Shown here: in pieces, positions 1 through 10,185 of the stretch
How positions within the stretch are numbered: the first letter of the stretch is position 1
Layout of the letters: each line of letters starts with the position of its first letter
Origin: an uncultured Chloroflexia bacterium
GTDB taxonomy: Bacteria > Chloroflexota > Limnocylindria > QHBO01
Direction of reading: 5' to 3'
DNA length: 64,000 nucleotides
Assembly: GCA_963782015.1 (NCBI GenBank)
Contig: CAWAHY010000004.1
Location: 1,044,633 to 1,108,632, forward strand
The notes under the pieces: generated by a model
Seen by the model: the letters and a program-made list of their open reading frames with translations, nothing else
Told to the model about the DNA's origin: nothing
Databases searched by the model: none
Position numbers and translations under genes: made by a program

Positions 1-1433
1 CGCTCGAGCAGCTCGGGCCGCGCCAGGGTGATGATGTAGATCGCGAACCCGCGGCTCCACTCGAGCAGGTGGTCGATGAAGTCGAGCTGACCCGCATCGG
101 CCCAGTGCAGGTCCTCGAACACGAGCACGGCTGTGCCGTCGCCTGCGACCCGCTCGAAGAAGGTGCGCCAGGCGGCGAAGAGCTCCTCGCGGCCCCCGGT
201 CTCCCCCTGGCCGAAGCCAAGCAGGTGCTCGAGCTTGGGCTCCATCCAGCGCCGCTCCGCCTCGTCGGGGACGTGCGTCTCGAGGGCTGTCCACAGCTTC
301 GCGCGGGAGGTCGCCGCATCGTCGAGCTCCAGCAGCCCGACCCGGCTCCGGACCATCTCGGCGAGTGCCCAGAAGCTGATCCCCTCCCCGTACGCCGGGG
401 AGCGCCCCTGGTGCCATCGCACCGTGATGGCGATCCCGTCGATGTACTTGAGGAACTCCCAGGCAAGGCGACTCTTGCCGATCCCCGCCTGGCCGATGAT
501 CGACACCAGGCGCGGCCGCTTCTCGCGCGGCGCGGCGTGGAAGAGGTCCTTGATGAGCCGCAGCTCGGAGTCCCGTCCCATGAACGGCGCCTCGAGCTGC
601 TCGCCCCGGCCGACGCCGCGGCGCTGTGCGACGACTCGCACCGCGCGGTAGGCCGGAACGGGGGCGACCTTGCCCTTCAGATCCTGCTCGCCGACCGGCT
701 CGAAGACGATCGCGCTCTCGGCGCTGCGGAAGGTCGCCTCGCCAACCAGCACGGTGTTGGGAGGCGCGATCGACTGGAGGCGAGAGGCGGTGTTGACCAG
801 ATCGCCCGCCACCATGCCCTGGTTCGCGGCGCCCAGCGTGACCGCCGCCTCGCCGGTGAGGACGCCGGCGCGCACGTTGAGCCGCTCGCCGTCGTGGCCC
901 AGGTGGCCGACCGCGCCGACCAGCTCGAGGGCTGCGCGGACGGCGCGTTCGGCGTCGTCCTCGTGTGCAACCGGGGTGCCCCACACGGCCATCACCGCGT
1001 CGCCGATGAACTTCTCGACCGACCCGCCGTAGCGGGTGATGATCTCCTGCGCAACGCCGAAGTACTCGGTCAGCTGCTCGCGGACGGCCTCCGCGTCGCG
1101 CGACTCGGACATCGTGGTGAAGCCGACCAGGTCGGCGAAGAGCACCGAGACCAGCTTTCGCTCGGCGACGGACGACGGCCCGGACTCGATCGCGGCGGAC
1201 GCCGCAGTTGCCGGTGCCGCGGCGGCCCCGTTGGTCGGCGCCGGGATCGCCGGGGCTCCGGCCTGGGGCGCCGCTGCCGCGCCGAGCGCGAATCCGCACT
1301 CCGGGCAGAACTTGGGGCTCCCCTCGTACGGGGTGGCGCAGGACGGGCACGCCTGCCCCAGGCGCGTTCCGCATTCGGCGCAGAACTTCTGGGTGGGGCT
1401 GGTGGCGGCGACGCCACAGGAGGGGCACAGCAT
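1..1433 (-). CDS. zinc-ribbon / class III adenylate-guanylate cyclase / P-loop STAND ATPase protein (3' end runs off the window)
   Basis: Absent from the ORF track because it has no stop in the window. Manual minus-strand translation from ATG 1433 gives MLCPSCGVAATSPTQKFCAECGTRLGQACPSCATPYEGSPKFCPECG (two CxxC..CxxC ribbons). It continues with LFADLVGFTTMSE...VEKFIGDAVMAVWGTP (cyclase core), IIGQAGIGKSRLAWEF (Walker A) and VFEDLHWADAGQLDFIDHLL at nt 3-122. Both ends are in the same frame. Confidence 0.8.
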   Translation of the reverse strand, partial: MLCPSCGVAATSPTQKFCAECGTRLGQACPSCATPYEGSPKFCPECGFALGAAAAPQAGAPAIPAPTNGAAAAPATAASAAIESGPSSVAERKLVSVLFADLVGFTTMSESRDAEAVREQLTEYFGVAQEIITRYGGSVEKFIGDAVMAVWGTPVAHEDDAERAVRAALELVGAVGHLGHDGERLNVRAGVLTGEAAVTLGAANQGMVAGDLVNTASRLQSIAPPNTVLVGEATFRSAESAIVFEPVGEQDLKGKVAPVPAYRAVRVVAQRRGVGRGEQLEAPFMGRDSELRLIKDLFHAAPREKRPRLVSIIGQAGIGKSRLAWEFLKYIDGIAITVRWHQGRSPAYGEGISFWALAEMVRSRVGLLELDDAATSRAKLWTALETHVPDEAERRWMEPKLEHLLGFGQGETGGREELFAAWRTFFERVAGDGTAVLVFEDLHWADAGQLDFIDHLLEWSRGFAIYIITLARPELLE

Positions 1434-1490
1434 TGGGGCGACAGAATAGCGGTACGCAGCGTGCGGTGACTAGAGCCGTCAAACGCTGGT

Positions 1491-2522
1491 CTAGCCGCCG
1501 ATGTAGCTCATCTCCACCTTGGGCAGCGCCACCGTCTCGGCCGACCTGATCTCGGAGTAGCGGTCGTCGCGGAGCTCCCAGATGCGACGTAGCGTTGCCT
1601 CCAGGTCGGCGTCGGAGGCTTCGTCCCGAACCAGTGCCCGAAGGTCGTGGCCGGCGGTGGCAAAGAGACAGGTGTAGAGCTGCCCGTCGGCGGAGAGCCG
1701 CGCCCGCGAGCAGTCGCCGCAGAACGGCCGGCTGACCGATGCGATGATCCCGATCTCGCCTGCGCCATCGGCGTACCGGTAGCGCTCCGCCACCTCGCCG
1801 GGATGCGTGGGCGCCATCGGCTCAAGGGGGAACTCCGCGGAGAGGGTGGCGAGGATCTCATCCGCCGTCACCACCTCGTCGAGCCGCCAGCCGTTCGAGT
1901 GCCCGACGTCCATGTACTCGATGAAGCGCAGGATCCGCCCCGTCCCGCGGAAGCGGCGCGCCATCGGCAGCAGGGCGTGCTCGTTCCAGCCGCGCTTCAC
2001 CACCATGTTCAGCTTGATGGGGCCGAGCCCCGCGTCCTCGGCCGCCTCGATCCCGGCCAGCACCCGCGAGACCGGCACGCCGGCGTCGTTCATGCGCATG
2101 AAGGTGGCGTCGTCATCGGCGTCGAGGCTGATGGTGACCCGATGGAGGCCTGCCGCCCGGAGCGCCGCCGCCTGTTCGGTGAGCAGCACGCCGTTGGTGG
2201 TGAGGGTCAGGTCGCGGACACCCGGGATTGACGCGAGCATCCCTACCAGGGCGGGGAGCTCGCGACGGACGAGCGGCTCGCCGCCGGTGAGCCGCACCTT
2301 CTCGACGCCCAGACGCGTGAAGATCCGCACCAGGCGCGCGATCTCCTCGAAGGTGAGCAGCTCGGCCCGCGGCAGGAAGGCGTGGTCACGGCCGAAGACG
2401 GTGCGCGGCATGCAGTAGACGCAGCGGAAGTTGCAGCGGTCGGTGACGCTGATGCGCAGGTCGTGCAGCGGCCGGCCGCGCGTGTCACGGGGCAGCATCG
2501 GGAGGGGGAGTGGCTCGGACAT
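1491..2522 (-). CDS. moaA: GTP 3',8-cyclase MoaA (radical SAM, molybdenum cofactor biosynthesis)
   Basis: 343-aa ORF with [18 protein letters not shown] (CxxxCxxC radical-SAM cluster) and a C-terminal [21 protein letters not shown] second cluster motif. Confidence 0.95.
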   Translation of the reverse strand: MSEPLPLPMLPRDTRGRPLHDLRISVTDRCNFRCVYCMPRTVFGRDHAFLPRAELLTFEEIARLVRIFTRLGVEKVRLTGGEPLVRRELPALVGMLASIPGVRDLTLTTNGVLLTEQAAALRAAGLHRVTISLDADDDATFMRMNDAGVPVSRVLAGIEAAEDAGLGPIKLNMVVKRGWNEHALLPMARRFRGTGRILRFIEYMDVGHSNGWRLDEVVTADEILATLSAEFPLEPMAPTHPGEVAERYRYADGAGEIGIIASVSRPFCGDCSRARLSADGQLYTCLFATAGHDLRALVRDEASDADLEATLRRIWELRDDRYSEIRSAETVALPKVEMSYIGG

Positions 2523-2540
2523 CCGCGCCAGATCCTACCC

Positions 2541-3203
2541 TCAGGCCGGGACGAGCGTCTCCAGCGTGTCGGGAAGCGGCGCGAGGTCGACCAGGTCCGC
2601 CGAACGCGGCAGGTCGCTTCGTTCCCCGAGGCGGTTGATCCAGACGCAGTGCAGGCCAAGCTGCGCAGCCGGCTCGACGTCATGGAAGAGCGAGGCCGCC
2701 ACGTGGACATGGCGCGCGCGGTCCGCCCCGGTGCGGGCGAAGAACGACTCCCAGTGCCGATGCGCCGGCTTGTACGAGCCGACCTCGGAGGCGACCACGC
2801 GCAGGTCGACCGGCACACCGATCACGCCCAGCGACGCGTCGAGCAGGTCAGGGTCGGTGTTCGAGAGGATCGCGAGCCGCCACCCCCGCTTGCGCAAGGC
2901 CCGGAGCGCCCGGGGAACCTCGGCGAAGACCGGCCAGTCGGGCAACGACTCGCCCAGGGCATCCTCGCGTCCGGCGGGCACGGCCAGGCCCGCGGTCTCC
3001 GCGAGGCGGACCAGCGTCTCGGCCATCACCTGGCGATAGGGGATCCCGCGGCCAGCCTGTGCGGCAGGCTCGAGCTGGTGGTACAGGGTCAGCAGGGCGG
3101 CCGAGTCGGAATCGGGCCAGAGGCGCGAGAGCGAGACGCGCAGCCCGCCCATCCAGTCGACGAGGGTGCCGTAGCAGTCGAAGGTGGCCCATCGGTCGCT
3201 CAT
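2541..3203 (-). CDS. HAD-superfamily hydrolase (haloacid dehalogenase type II-like)
   Basis: 220-aa ORF with N-terminal FDCYGTLVDW (DxYGTL motif I), LSNTD (motif II) and SYKP (motif III Lys). Confidence 0.8.
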   Translation of the reverse strand: MSDRWATFDCYGTLVDWMGGLRVSLSRLWPDSDSAALLTLYHQLEPAAQAGRGIPYRQVMAETLVRLAETAGLAVPAGREDALGESLPDWPVFAEVPRALRALRKRGWRLAILSNTDPDLLDASLGVIGVPVDLRVVASEVGSYKPAHRHWESFFARTGADRARHVHVAASLFHDVEPAAQLGLHCVWINRLGERSDLPRSADLVDLAPLPDTLETLVPA

Positions 3204-3233
3204 GTGGCGAGTCTATGGTCCGGGCATGGCAGC

Positions 3234-4626
3234 ATGTGCCCGATGACGGAACAGCTGCTCGACGCCCTGCGCGCGGCGGTCGGGCCGAGCCACGTGCTGA
3301 CCGATCCTGACCTGCGCGCCTCGTACGAGACCGACTGGACCGGCCGCTGGCACGGCGAGTCGCTGGCCGTGGTGCGCCCGGGGTCGACGGAGCAGGTGGT
3401 GGCCGTGCTGCATGCCTGCGCGGCGGCAGGCGCAGCGGTGATCCCGCAGGGCGGCAACACCGGCCTGGTCGGCGGCTCGGTGCCGCGGGGAGAGCTGGAC
3501 CGCGCCGCAGGTCGTGGTCTCGACGCTTCGGCTGCGCGAGCTGGAGCCGGTCGACGCGGTCGCGGCCGAGGTCACGGCCGGCGCCGGCAGCCACGCTCGG
3601 TGCGCTCCAGGCCCACGCGCGGGCCGCCGGGTTCGGGTTCGGGGTGGACCTGGGGGCCAGGGACTCGGCCACCCTCGGCGGCATGATCGCCACCAACGCG
3701 GGCGGCATCCACGTGCTCCGCCATGGACCGATGCGCGCCCAGCTGCTGGGGCTCGAAGCGGTGCTCGCCGACGGCAGCGTGGTGCGCCGGCTGCCGGGGA
3801 TGAGCAAGGACAACACCGGCTACCACCTCGCGTCTCTCCTGGCCGGCAGCGAGGGGACGCTCGCCCTCGTCACCCGCGCGCACCTGCGCCTCGTGCCGCT
3901 CAAGGCGCGCCGCGCGGTCGCGCTGCTGGGGCTGTCCACGGTGGGCGGTGCCGTCGCTCTCGCCGGCGAGCTGCGACGCTCGTTGCCGAGCCTCGCCGCG
4001 GCGGAGCTCTTCTTCGATGCCGGCCTCGAGCTGGTGCTGCGGCATGGCGGTGGCGAGCGCCCATTCCGCGAGCGTCACCCGGTCTACCTGCTGCTGGAGG
4101 TCGAGGCGGACGCCGGACCCGACGGACGAGCTTGCAGCGCGCAATTGCAGCTGCCCCTGCGGTGGCCGATGCGGTCATCGCGGCCGACGAGGCCGGCCGC
4201 GAGCGCCTCTGGCGATTCCGCGAGCGCCACACCGAGGCGATCAACGCGGAGGGGATCCCGCACAAGCTCGACGTGGCGCTGCCGGTGAGCCGCCTGGCCG
4301 AGTTCGTCGATCGGGCGATCAGCGCGGTGGAGGCGGCGGCCCCCGGAGCCCGCACCTTCGTCTACGGCCACATCTGCGAGGGGAACCTGCACTTCGGGAT
4401 CATCGGTCCGGAGCCTGAGGACGAGGCCGTCGACGACGCGGTGCTCGGCCTGGTGGTCGAGATGGGAGGCACGACCAGCGCGGAGCACGGGGTCGGGATC
4501 GCCAAGACGGGCTGGCTGGCGCGCGACCGCGGTGCCGCCGACGTCGCCGCCATGCGAGCCATCAAGCTGGCACTCGACCCGCGTTCGATGCTGAATCCAG
4601 GGGTGATCTTCCCGGACGGAGGATGA
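3234..4626 (+). pseudogene. FAD-linked oxidase (GlcD / D-lactate dehydrogenase-like), reading frame broken 3-4 times
   Basis: Frame 0 from ATG 3234 reads MCPMTEQLLDALRAAVGPSHVLTD...VIPQGGNTGLVGGSVP. It continues in frame 1 near 3505 (VVVSTLRLRELEPVD). It moves to frame 2 near 3589 (ATLGALQAHARAAGFGFGVDLGARDSATLGGMIATNAGG...SEGTLALVTRAHLRL). It returns to frame 1 through about 4112-4145 (IAAAPAVADAVIAADEAGRERLWRFRE...TSAEHGVGIAKTGWL...LNPGVIF) with the stop at 4626. Confidence 0.8.
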
Positions 4627-4686
4627 CGCAGAGCGGCCGATCGCCTATCCTCGCAGACCCGCCCAGCCACCGCATGGAGAGACACG

Positions 4687-4935
4687 ATGCCTAAGTTCAT
4701 GGACGTCCACAGCGGGTTCTACGGCACCACCCAGGAGCAGCTGCGAGGCCGCCCACGACGGCGACCTCGCCATCCAGGCCGAGGAAGGCGTCAGCTTCGA
4801 CCACGCCTGGCTCGACCCGGTCAGCGGCAAGGCCTTCTGCATCTCGACCGGCCCTCCAAGGAGGCCGTGCAGCGCATCCACGCGCGCAACGGGATCCCGA
4901 CCGAGGAGATCTACGAGATCGCCAGCGAGGTCTGA
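4687..4935 (+). pseudogene. DUF4242 / SCO4226-like small protein with an internal out-of-frame segment
   Basis: The ORF stays open but residues about 20-56 are Arg/Pro junk. The +1 frame between about 4745 and 4852 reads EAAHDGDLAIQAEEGVSFDHAWLDPVSGKAFCISTGP. That fits between MPKFMDVHSGFYGTTQEQL and SKEAVQRIHARNGIPTEEIYEI, as I recall for this family. Confidence 0.65.
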
Positions 4936-4938
4936 GCG

Positions 4939-6291
4939 CTAGCCGCCCTTGACGGCCTCCGCGAAGAGGAGGCCCATCACCCGCGCCACGGTCGGGAAGG
5001 CGTGGATCGTGTCCGCGAGGACGGTGAGCGGCGTCTGGAGCTTCACCGCCAGCACCGCCTCGTGGATCGCCTCGCTGGCGCCCGGCCCGGCCATGAACGC
5101 GCCGACCAGGGTGCCGGCACCACGGTCGATCACGATCGAGACGTGCCCCTCGGCCTCGGCGGCGTAGCCCTTGGCGCTCGTGGCCAGGTCGGCGGTCAGC
5201 TCCTCGGCGTCGAGACCGCTCTTCAGCGCCTCCTCGAGGAGCAGGCCCACCGAGCCGGTCTCGGGATCGGTGTAGATGGCGCGCGGGATGGCGCGATAGT
5301 CGGGCGCGACGTCGTCGCCGAGCGCGATGCGCGCCGCCATCTCCCCCTGGTAGTGGCTGACGTGGGTGTGCATCTCGGGGCCGGCGGGGTCGCCCGCCAC
5401 GTACACGCCCGGAGCGATGCGCAGCTGCCGGTCCGGCCGCAGGCGTCCCTCGGAGATGTCGACCCCCACGCTCTCCAGCCCCAGCCCCTCGAGCGGCAGG
5501 CTGCGGCCGATCGCCATCAGCACGGCCGCGCCCGCCACGCTCGTCCCGTCGTCGAGGTCGAACCGATGGCGCCCATGCTCGCCCGCGCCGGCGTGGGCGG
5601 CCACGGCGCGGGCTCCGGTGCGGATCGTGACGCCCTCGCGCACAAGCGCGGCCGCGACCGCGGCCGATGACCGCGGATGGTCCCGTGGCAGGATCCGTGG
5701 GCTGGGGACCACCAGCGTGACCGGGACGCCGTAGCGGGCATAGACCTGCGCCAGCTCCACGCCGGTCGGCCCGGCCCCCAGGATCAGCAGGCTCTCGGGC
5801 AGCTCCCGCGCGGACGTCGCCTCGCGATTCGTCCAGTACGGAACCTCCTCGAGGCCCGGCATATCGGGCACCTTGCTCGTCGAGCCGACGGCCACGATCA
5901 CCGCACCCGCCTCCACGGCGTGCTCGATGTCGTCATGGGCCACGACCACGCGCCCGGGCCCATCGAGGCGGGCCGTGCCACGCATCGGCACCGCACCGGC
6001 CGCCTGGAGATCGGTGAAGTGGTGGGTGTCGTCGGGGTAGTCGATCCCCTCCCGGCTGACCATGTAGTCGCGGCGGGCCGACGCCCTGGGCCAGTCATAG
6101 TCGCCGCCGCCCGCGTGCACCGCGGCGGAGTGGAGCAGCGACTTGGACGGCATGCAGGCGAAGAACGGGCAGGCACCGCCGAAGAGGTCGCGGTCGATGA
6201 TCGCCACCGACGCGCCGCGGCCCCGCGCCAGGAACGCCGCGGCCTCCCCGGCCGGCCCCGCCCCGATGATCACCAGGTCGTAGCGGTCCAT
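4939..6291 (-). CDS. pyridine nucleotide-disulfide oxidoreductase (dihydrolipoamide dehydrogenase / mercuric reductase-like flavoprotein)
   Basis: Start taken at MDRYDLVIIGAGPAGEAAA (GxGxxG FAD fold). Redox-active GGACPFFACMPSK (CxxxxC), a second Rossmann LLILGAGPTGVELAQ, and a C-terminal dimerisation region with HAFPT. The listed 716-aa ORF's N-terminal extension overlaps hutI and is not supported. Confidence 0.85.
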   Translation of the reverse strand: MDRYDLVIIGAGPAGEAAAFLARGRGASVAIIDRDLFGGACPFFACMPSKSLLHSAAVHAGGGDYDWPRASARRDYMVSREGIDYPDDTHHFTDLQAAGAVPMRGTARLDGPGRVVVAHDDIEHAVEAGAVIVAVGSTSKVPDMPGLEEVPYWTNREATSARELPESLLILGAGPTGVELAQVYARYGVPVTLVVPSPRILPRDHPRSSAAVAAALVREGVTIRTGARAVAAHAGAGEHGRHRFDLDDGTSVAGAAVLMAIGRSLPLEGLGLESVGVDISEGRLRPDRQLRIAPGVYVAGDPAGPEMHTHVSHYQGEMAARIALGDDVAPDYRAIPRAIYTDPETGSVGLLLEEALKSGLDAEELTADLATSAKGYAAEAEGHVSIVIDRGAGTLVGAFMAGPGASEAIHEAVLAVKLQTPLTVLADTIHAFPTVARVMGLLFAEAVKGG

Positions 6292-7469
6292 CAGGCGGGC
6301 GCCCCGCCGATCCAGGTCCGCAGCGGTCGCACGTTCCCGAGCCTGAGCGCGAAGGCGCCCTCGTGCGCCGTGTCCCAGGCGACCAGGTCGGCATCGGCGC
6401 CGATGGCGATCTCCCCTCGTCGCCCCGCAAGGCCCAGGGCAGCCGCCCCGCCGACCGTCGCCGCCGCGATGGCCTCGGCGACCGTCATCCCGAGCAGCGT
6501 CGCGCCGAGCCCGATCACCAGCGGCATCGCGCCCCACATGCCAAAGGTGCCGGCATTCGAATCGCTGGCGAGCGCCACCGTCACGCCGGCGTCCAAGAGG
6601 GCCCGAGCCGGCGGGAGGCGGTCTCGCATGACGAGCGCCGGGCCCGGCAGCAGCGTGGCCACCGTTCGAGACCCGGCGAGGGCGGTCACGCCGGCCGCGT
6701 CGAGCTGCTCCAGGTGATCGACACTGACGACCCCCAGCCGCACCGCCAGGGACGTGGCTCCGATCGAGGCCAGCTGATCGGCGTGCATCCGGGTGCCCAG
6801 GCCCAGCCCCGCCGCCGTCTCCAGGATCCGCTCGGTGGCCGCGAGCGAGAAGAAGCCGCGATCGCAGAAGACGTCGCAGAACTCGGCGGCACCGTCGGCG
6901 GCCACCTGGGGCAGCATCTCGTCGGCGACCGTCGCCACGTACGCGTCCATCGAGGCCGCCTCCGACGGGACCGCGTGCGCGCCCAGGAAGGTGCGCACCA
7001 CCCGGATCGGGACCGCCGTGGCCGCCTCGCCGATCAGCCGCAGGGAACGCATCTCCTCCGCGACCGAGAGGCCGTAGCCGGACTTGCACTCGATCGTGGT
7101 GGTGCCGCCCGCCAGCGATGCTCGCAGGCGCCCCAGGATCGCTCCCCGCAGCTCGTCGTCGGACCCCCGGCGCGTGGCCGCCACGCTGCGCAGGATGCCG
7201 CCGCCGGTGTACGGCGCCCCGGCCAGGCGGGCGGCGGCCTCGTCGGACCGGTCGCCGAGGAAGGCGGGATGGGTGTGGGCGTCGACCAGGCCGGGGGTGA
7301 CCAGTCCCGGGCCAACCTCCACGCTCTCGCCGGGCGGCGCATCCGAGCGGGCGCCGATCCAGGCAAAGCGGCCGTCGCGAACGGAGATCGCCCAGGGCGT
7401 CGGGCCGTCGTAGGGCTGCGGCAGGAGGAGCCGGCCGCTGCCGGTGAGGAGGAGCGGGGCGTCGGACAT
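6291..7469 (-). CDS. hutI: imidazolonepropionase-like amidohydrolase
   Basis: Start at MSDAPLLLTG (ATG 7469). Motifs GLVDAHTHPAF, ECKSGYGL, RMHADQL and ALASDSN are typical of HutI. Its TGA shares one nucleotide with the ATG of the downstream reductase (TGATG at 6289-6293). Confidence 0.8.
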   Translation of the reverse strand: MSDAPLLLTGSGRLLLPQPYDGPTPWAISVRDGRFAWIGARSDAPPGESVEVGPGLVTPGLVDAHTHPAFLGDRSDEAAARLAGAPYTGGGILRSVAATRRGSDDELRGAILGRLRASLAGGTTTIECKSGYGLSVAEEMRSLRLIGEAATAVPIRVVRTFLGAHAVPSEAASMDAYVATVADEMLPQVAADGAAEFCDVFCDRGFFSLAATERILETAAGLGLGTRMHADQLASIGATSLAVRLGVVSVDHLEQLDAAGVTALAGSRTVATLLPGPALVMRDRLPPARALLDAGVTVALASDSNAGTFGMWGAMPLVIGLGATLLGMTVAEAIAAATVGGAAALGLAGRRGEIAIGADADLVAWDTAHEGAFALRLGNVRPLRTWIGGAPA

Positions 7470-7556
7470 CGGTCCAACGATAGCCTGCGCAGGGGAGCCG
7501 GGGGAGCGTGCGCGGATCCGCTTGCCCTTGGCCGGCGCGCCGCCCACACTTGGCGG

Positions 7557-10175
7557 GTGACCGAGCTTCCGACCGGGACCGTCACCTTCCTCTTCACCGA
7601 CATCGAGGGCTCGACCCGCCTGACCCAGGAGCTGGGCGATGCCTGGCCGCCGCTGCTCGAGCGCCATCGCGAGATCGCGCGGGCGGCGTGGGCCGAGCAG
7701 CACGGCGTCGAGATCGGGACGGAGGGCGACTCGTTCTTCGTCGTCTTCAGCAGCGCTCCGCAGGCCGTGGCGGCCGCGGTTGCCGCCCAGCGCGGACTGG
7801 CCGCCGAGCCCTGGCCGGCGAGCGCCACGATCCGGGTGCGGATGGGCCTCCACACCGGCGAGGGGCTGCTCAGCGGCGGCTCGTACGTGGGGCTCGACGT
7901 GCACCGCGCGGCGCGCATCGCGAATGCCGGCAACGGCGGGCAGGTCCTCCTGTCGGGGAGCACCCGCGCCCTCGTCGAGGGGAGCCTGCCCGACGGAGTC
8001 TCGCTGCGCGAGATGGGCGAGCATCGGCTCAAGGACCTCTCCCGTCCGGAGCGGATCTGGGACCTCGTCATTGGCGGCCTGCCCAGCGACTTCTCCGCCG
8101 CTGCGCACCCTGAACGCGGTCCCCAACAACCTGCCGGTCCAGCTCACCTCCTTCCTGGGCCGCCAGCGGGAGATCGCGGAGGCCCGCCAGCTCCTGCTCG
8201 ACGGCCGGCTGCTGACCCTCACCGGGCCGGGCGGCACCGGCAAGACCCGCCTCTCGCTCCAGATCGCCGCGGACGCGACCGACCGGTTCCCCGACGGCAT
8301 CTACTTCGTGCCGCTCGGCACGATCAACGAGTCCGACCTGGTGCTGCCGACCATCGCGCAGGCGCTCGGCCTGGTCGACCCCGGCATGGCCGCGCTCGAT
8401 CGGCTTGCCGATCACATCGGCTCGAAGTGCATCCTGCTGGTGCTCGACAACTTCGAGCAGGTCAACGACGCCGCGCCGCAGATCGCCGAGCTGCTCGCCC
8501 GCGCTCCCCGGATCTCGGTCCTGGTCACCAGCCGCAGCCCGCTGCGGGTCTACGGCGAGCGCGAGTACCCGGTCCCGCCACTGGGGCTGCCGGACCCGAA
8601 GCACCTCCCCGACCTCGACAAGCTCGGCCTGTTCGAGTCGGTCGCGCTCTTCGTCGAGCGCGCCATGGCGGTCCGCCCCGACTTCGCGGTGAGCAGCGCC
8701 AACGCCCCGGCGGTGGCGGAGATCTGCGTGCGCCTCGACGGGCTGCCGCTGGCGATCGAGCTGGCCGCGGCGCGCGTCCGCGTGCTGAGCCCGCAGGCGA
8801 TCATGGAGCGGCTGGGCGACCGGCTCAGGCTCCTCTCCGGCGGCTCGCGCGACCTGCCCGAGCGGCAGCAGACGCTGCGCGGCGCGATCGCCTGGAGCCA
8901 CGACCTGCTCGACCCGGCCGACCAGCGGGTCTTCGCCCGCTTCGCGGTCTTCGCCGGCGGCGCCACCCTCGAGGCGGTGGAGCGAGTGGTCTTCGATCCC
9001 GACGAGACGGCTCGACGCGCTGGACGCGATGGCGTCGCTCGTCGACAAGAGCCTCGTCCGGCAGGAGAGCGAGCCGGATGGCGAGCCGCGCTTCCGGATG
9101 CTCGGCACGATCCGCGAGTACGCGACCGAGAAGCTGGGGGAGCGCGGCGAGGTCGAGGAGCTCGCGAACCGGCACGCGGCTTGGGTCGTCGCCCTGGTCG
9201 AGACGGGAGCGGCGTCGGTCTTCGGCCCGGATCAGAAGGCGATCCTGGACCGATACGAGCGCGAGCACGACAACATCCGGGCCGCGCTGGCGCGGGCGGT
9301 GGCGCACCAGCACGCCGAGATGGCGATGCGCATCCTGGCCGCCTGCTGGCGCTTCTGGCAGATGCGCGGCTACCTGGCCGAGGGGCGCGAGCATGCCGAC
9401 CGCGTGCTCGCGATGCCCGGCACGCCGTGAAAGCCCGGATCTCCGCGAGGCGGCCCTGGATGCGGGCGGCGGGATCGCGTACTGGCAGGGCGACGTGCTG
9501 CCGGCCCGGGCCTGGTACGAGGAGGCCGTCGAGCTGGCGCGCGCATCCGGCGATGACGCTCGCATCGCCAACGCGATCTACAACGTCACCTTCACCTTCA
9601 CCCTCGGACGGGAGGACCAGCTCGCCGCGCGGCGCCTGGCGGAAGAGGCGGTCGAGATCTATCGCCGGCTGGGCGACGAGGCGGGGATCGGCCGAGCGCT
9701 CTGGGGGCTGGCCAACGCGCACTACTTCTTCGCCGATTTCGGCGAGGGGCTGGGCTTCGCCCGTGAGGCGCTGGAGATCTTCCGGCGCATCGGCGACCGA
9801 TTCATGACCGGCTGGTGCCTCTACATCATCGCCATCAACAACCTCACGCTCGACCCTGCCATCACCCGCGCGGCCCTCGAGGAGGCGCTGCCGCTCTTCA
9901 CCGAGATCGAGGACAAGTCCGGCTACGCACTCATCTTCGACGCGTTCGCCGCGCTCTACTGGACCGAGGGCGACGTGGACCGGGCGGTCCGCCTGGCCGG
10001 GTACTCCTCCGCGACGGAGGCGAGCACCGGCACCGGCCTGGCGAAGATGAACCGCGAGTTCGCGGGCTTCTACCCAGCGACGTTGACAAGTGACCCGGCG
10101 CTGGCGGCGTCGTTCGCCGCGGGCCAGGGGATGACCGTCGAGCAGGCGACCCAGGTCGCGCTGGGACGGGGCTAG
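7557..10175 (+). pseudogene. class III adenylate/guanylate cyclase - NB-ARC-like P-loop ATPase - TPR protein, three frame breaks
   Basis: GTG 7557, frame 0, reads TELPTGTVTFLFTDIEGSTRLTQ...SFFVVFSS...GLHTGEG...GLDVHRAARIANAGNGGQVLLS. Frame 1 begins near 8093 (PPLRTLNAVPNNLPVQLTSFLGRQREI...LTGPGGTGKTRLSL...LLVLDNFEQV...LDGLPLAIELAAARV). Frame 2 begins near 9012 (LDALDAMASLVDKSLVRQ...). Frame 0 resumes near 9420 (TPR-like repeats, ...GMTVEQATQVALGRG, stop 10175). Confidence 0.8.
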
Positions 10176-10185
10176 GCCCCCGGCG

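Noticed and set aside
69-1469. 466-aa plus-strand ORF (and nested ORFs 133-651, 670-1032, 1036-1449)
   Set aside because: It is an antisense shadow of the minus-strand zinc-ribbon/cyclase/ATPase gene. Its translation is Arg/Gly/Pro/Leu-rich with no motifs, while the opposite strand reads through clean family signatures in one frame from 1433 to 3.
6292-7089. N-terminal extension of the 716-aa minus ORF 4939..7089
   Set aside because: It overlaps hutI in another frame and is Arg/Gly-rich junk. The flavoprotein's GxGxxG N-terminus starts at ATG 6291, coupled to the hutI stop.
6363-7556. First ~400 codons of the 1270-aa plus-strand ORF 6363..10175
   Set aside because: This part is antisense to hutI and has low-complexity Arg/Gly/Asp composition. 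The recognisable cyclase domain begins only at GTG 7557, after a plausible divergent intergenic gap.
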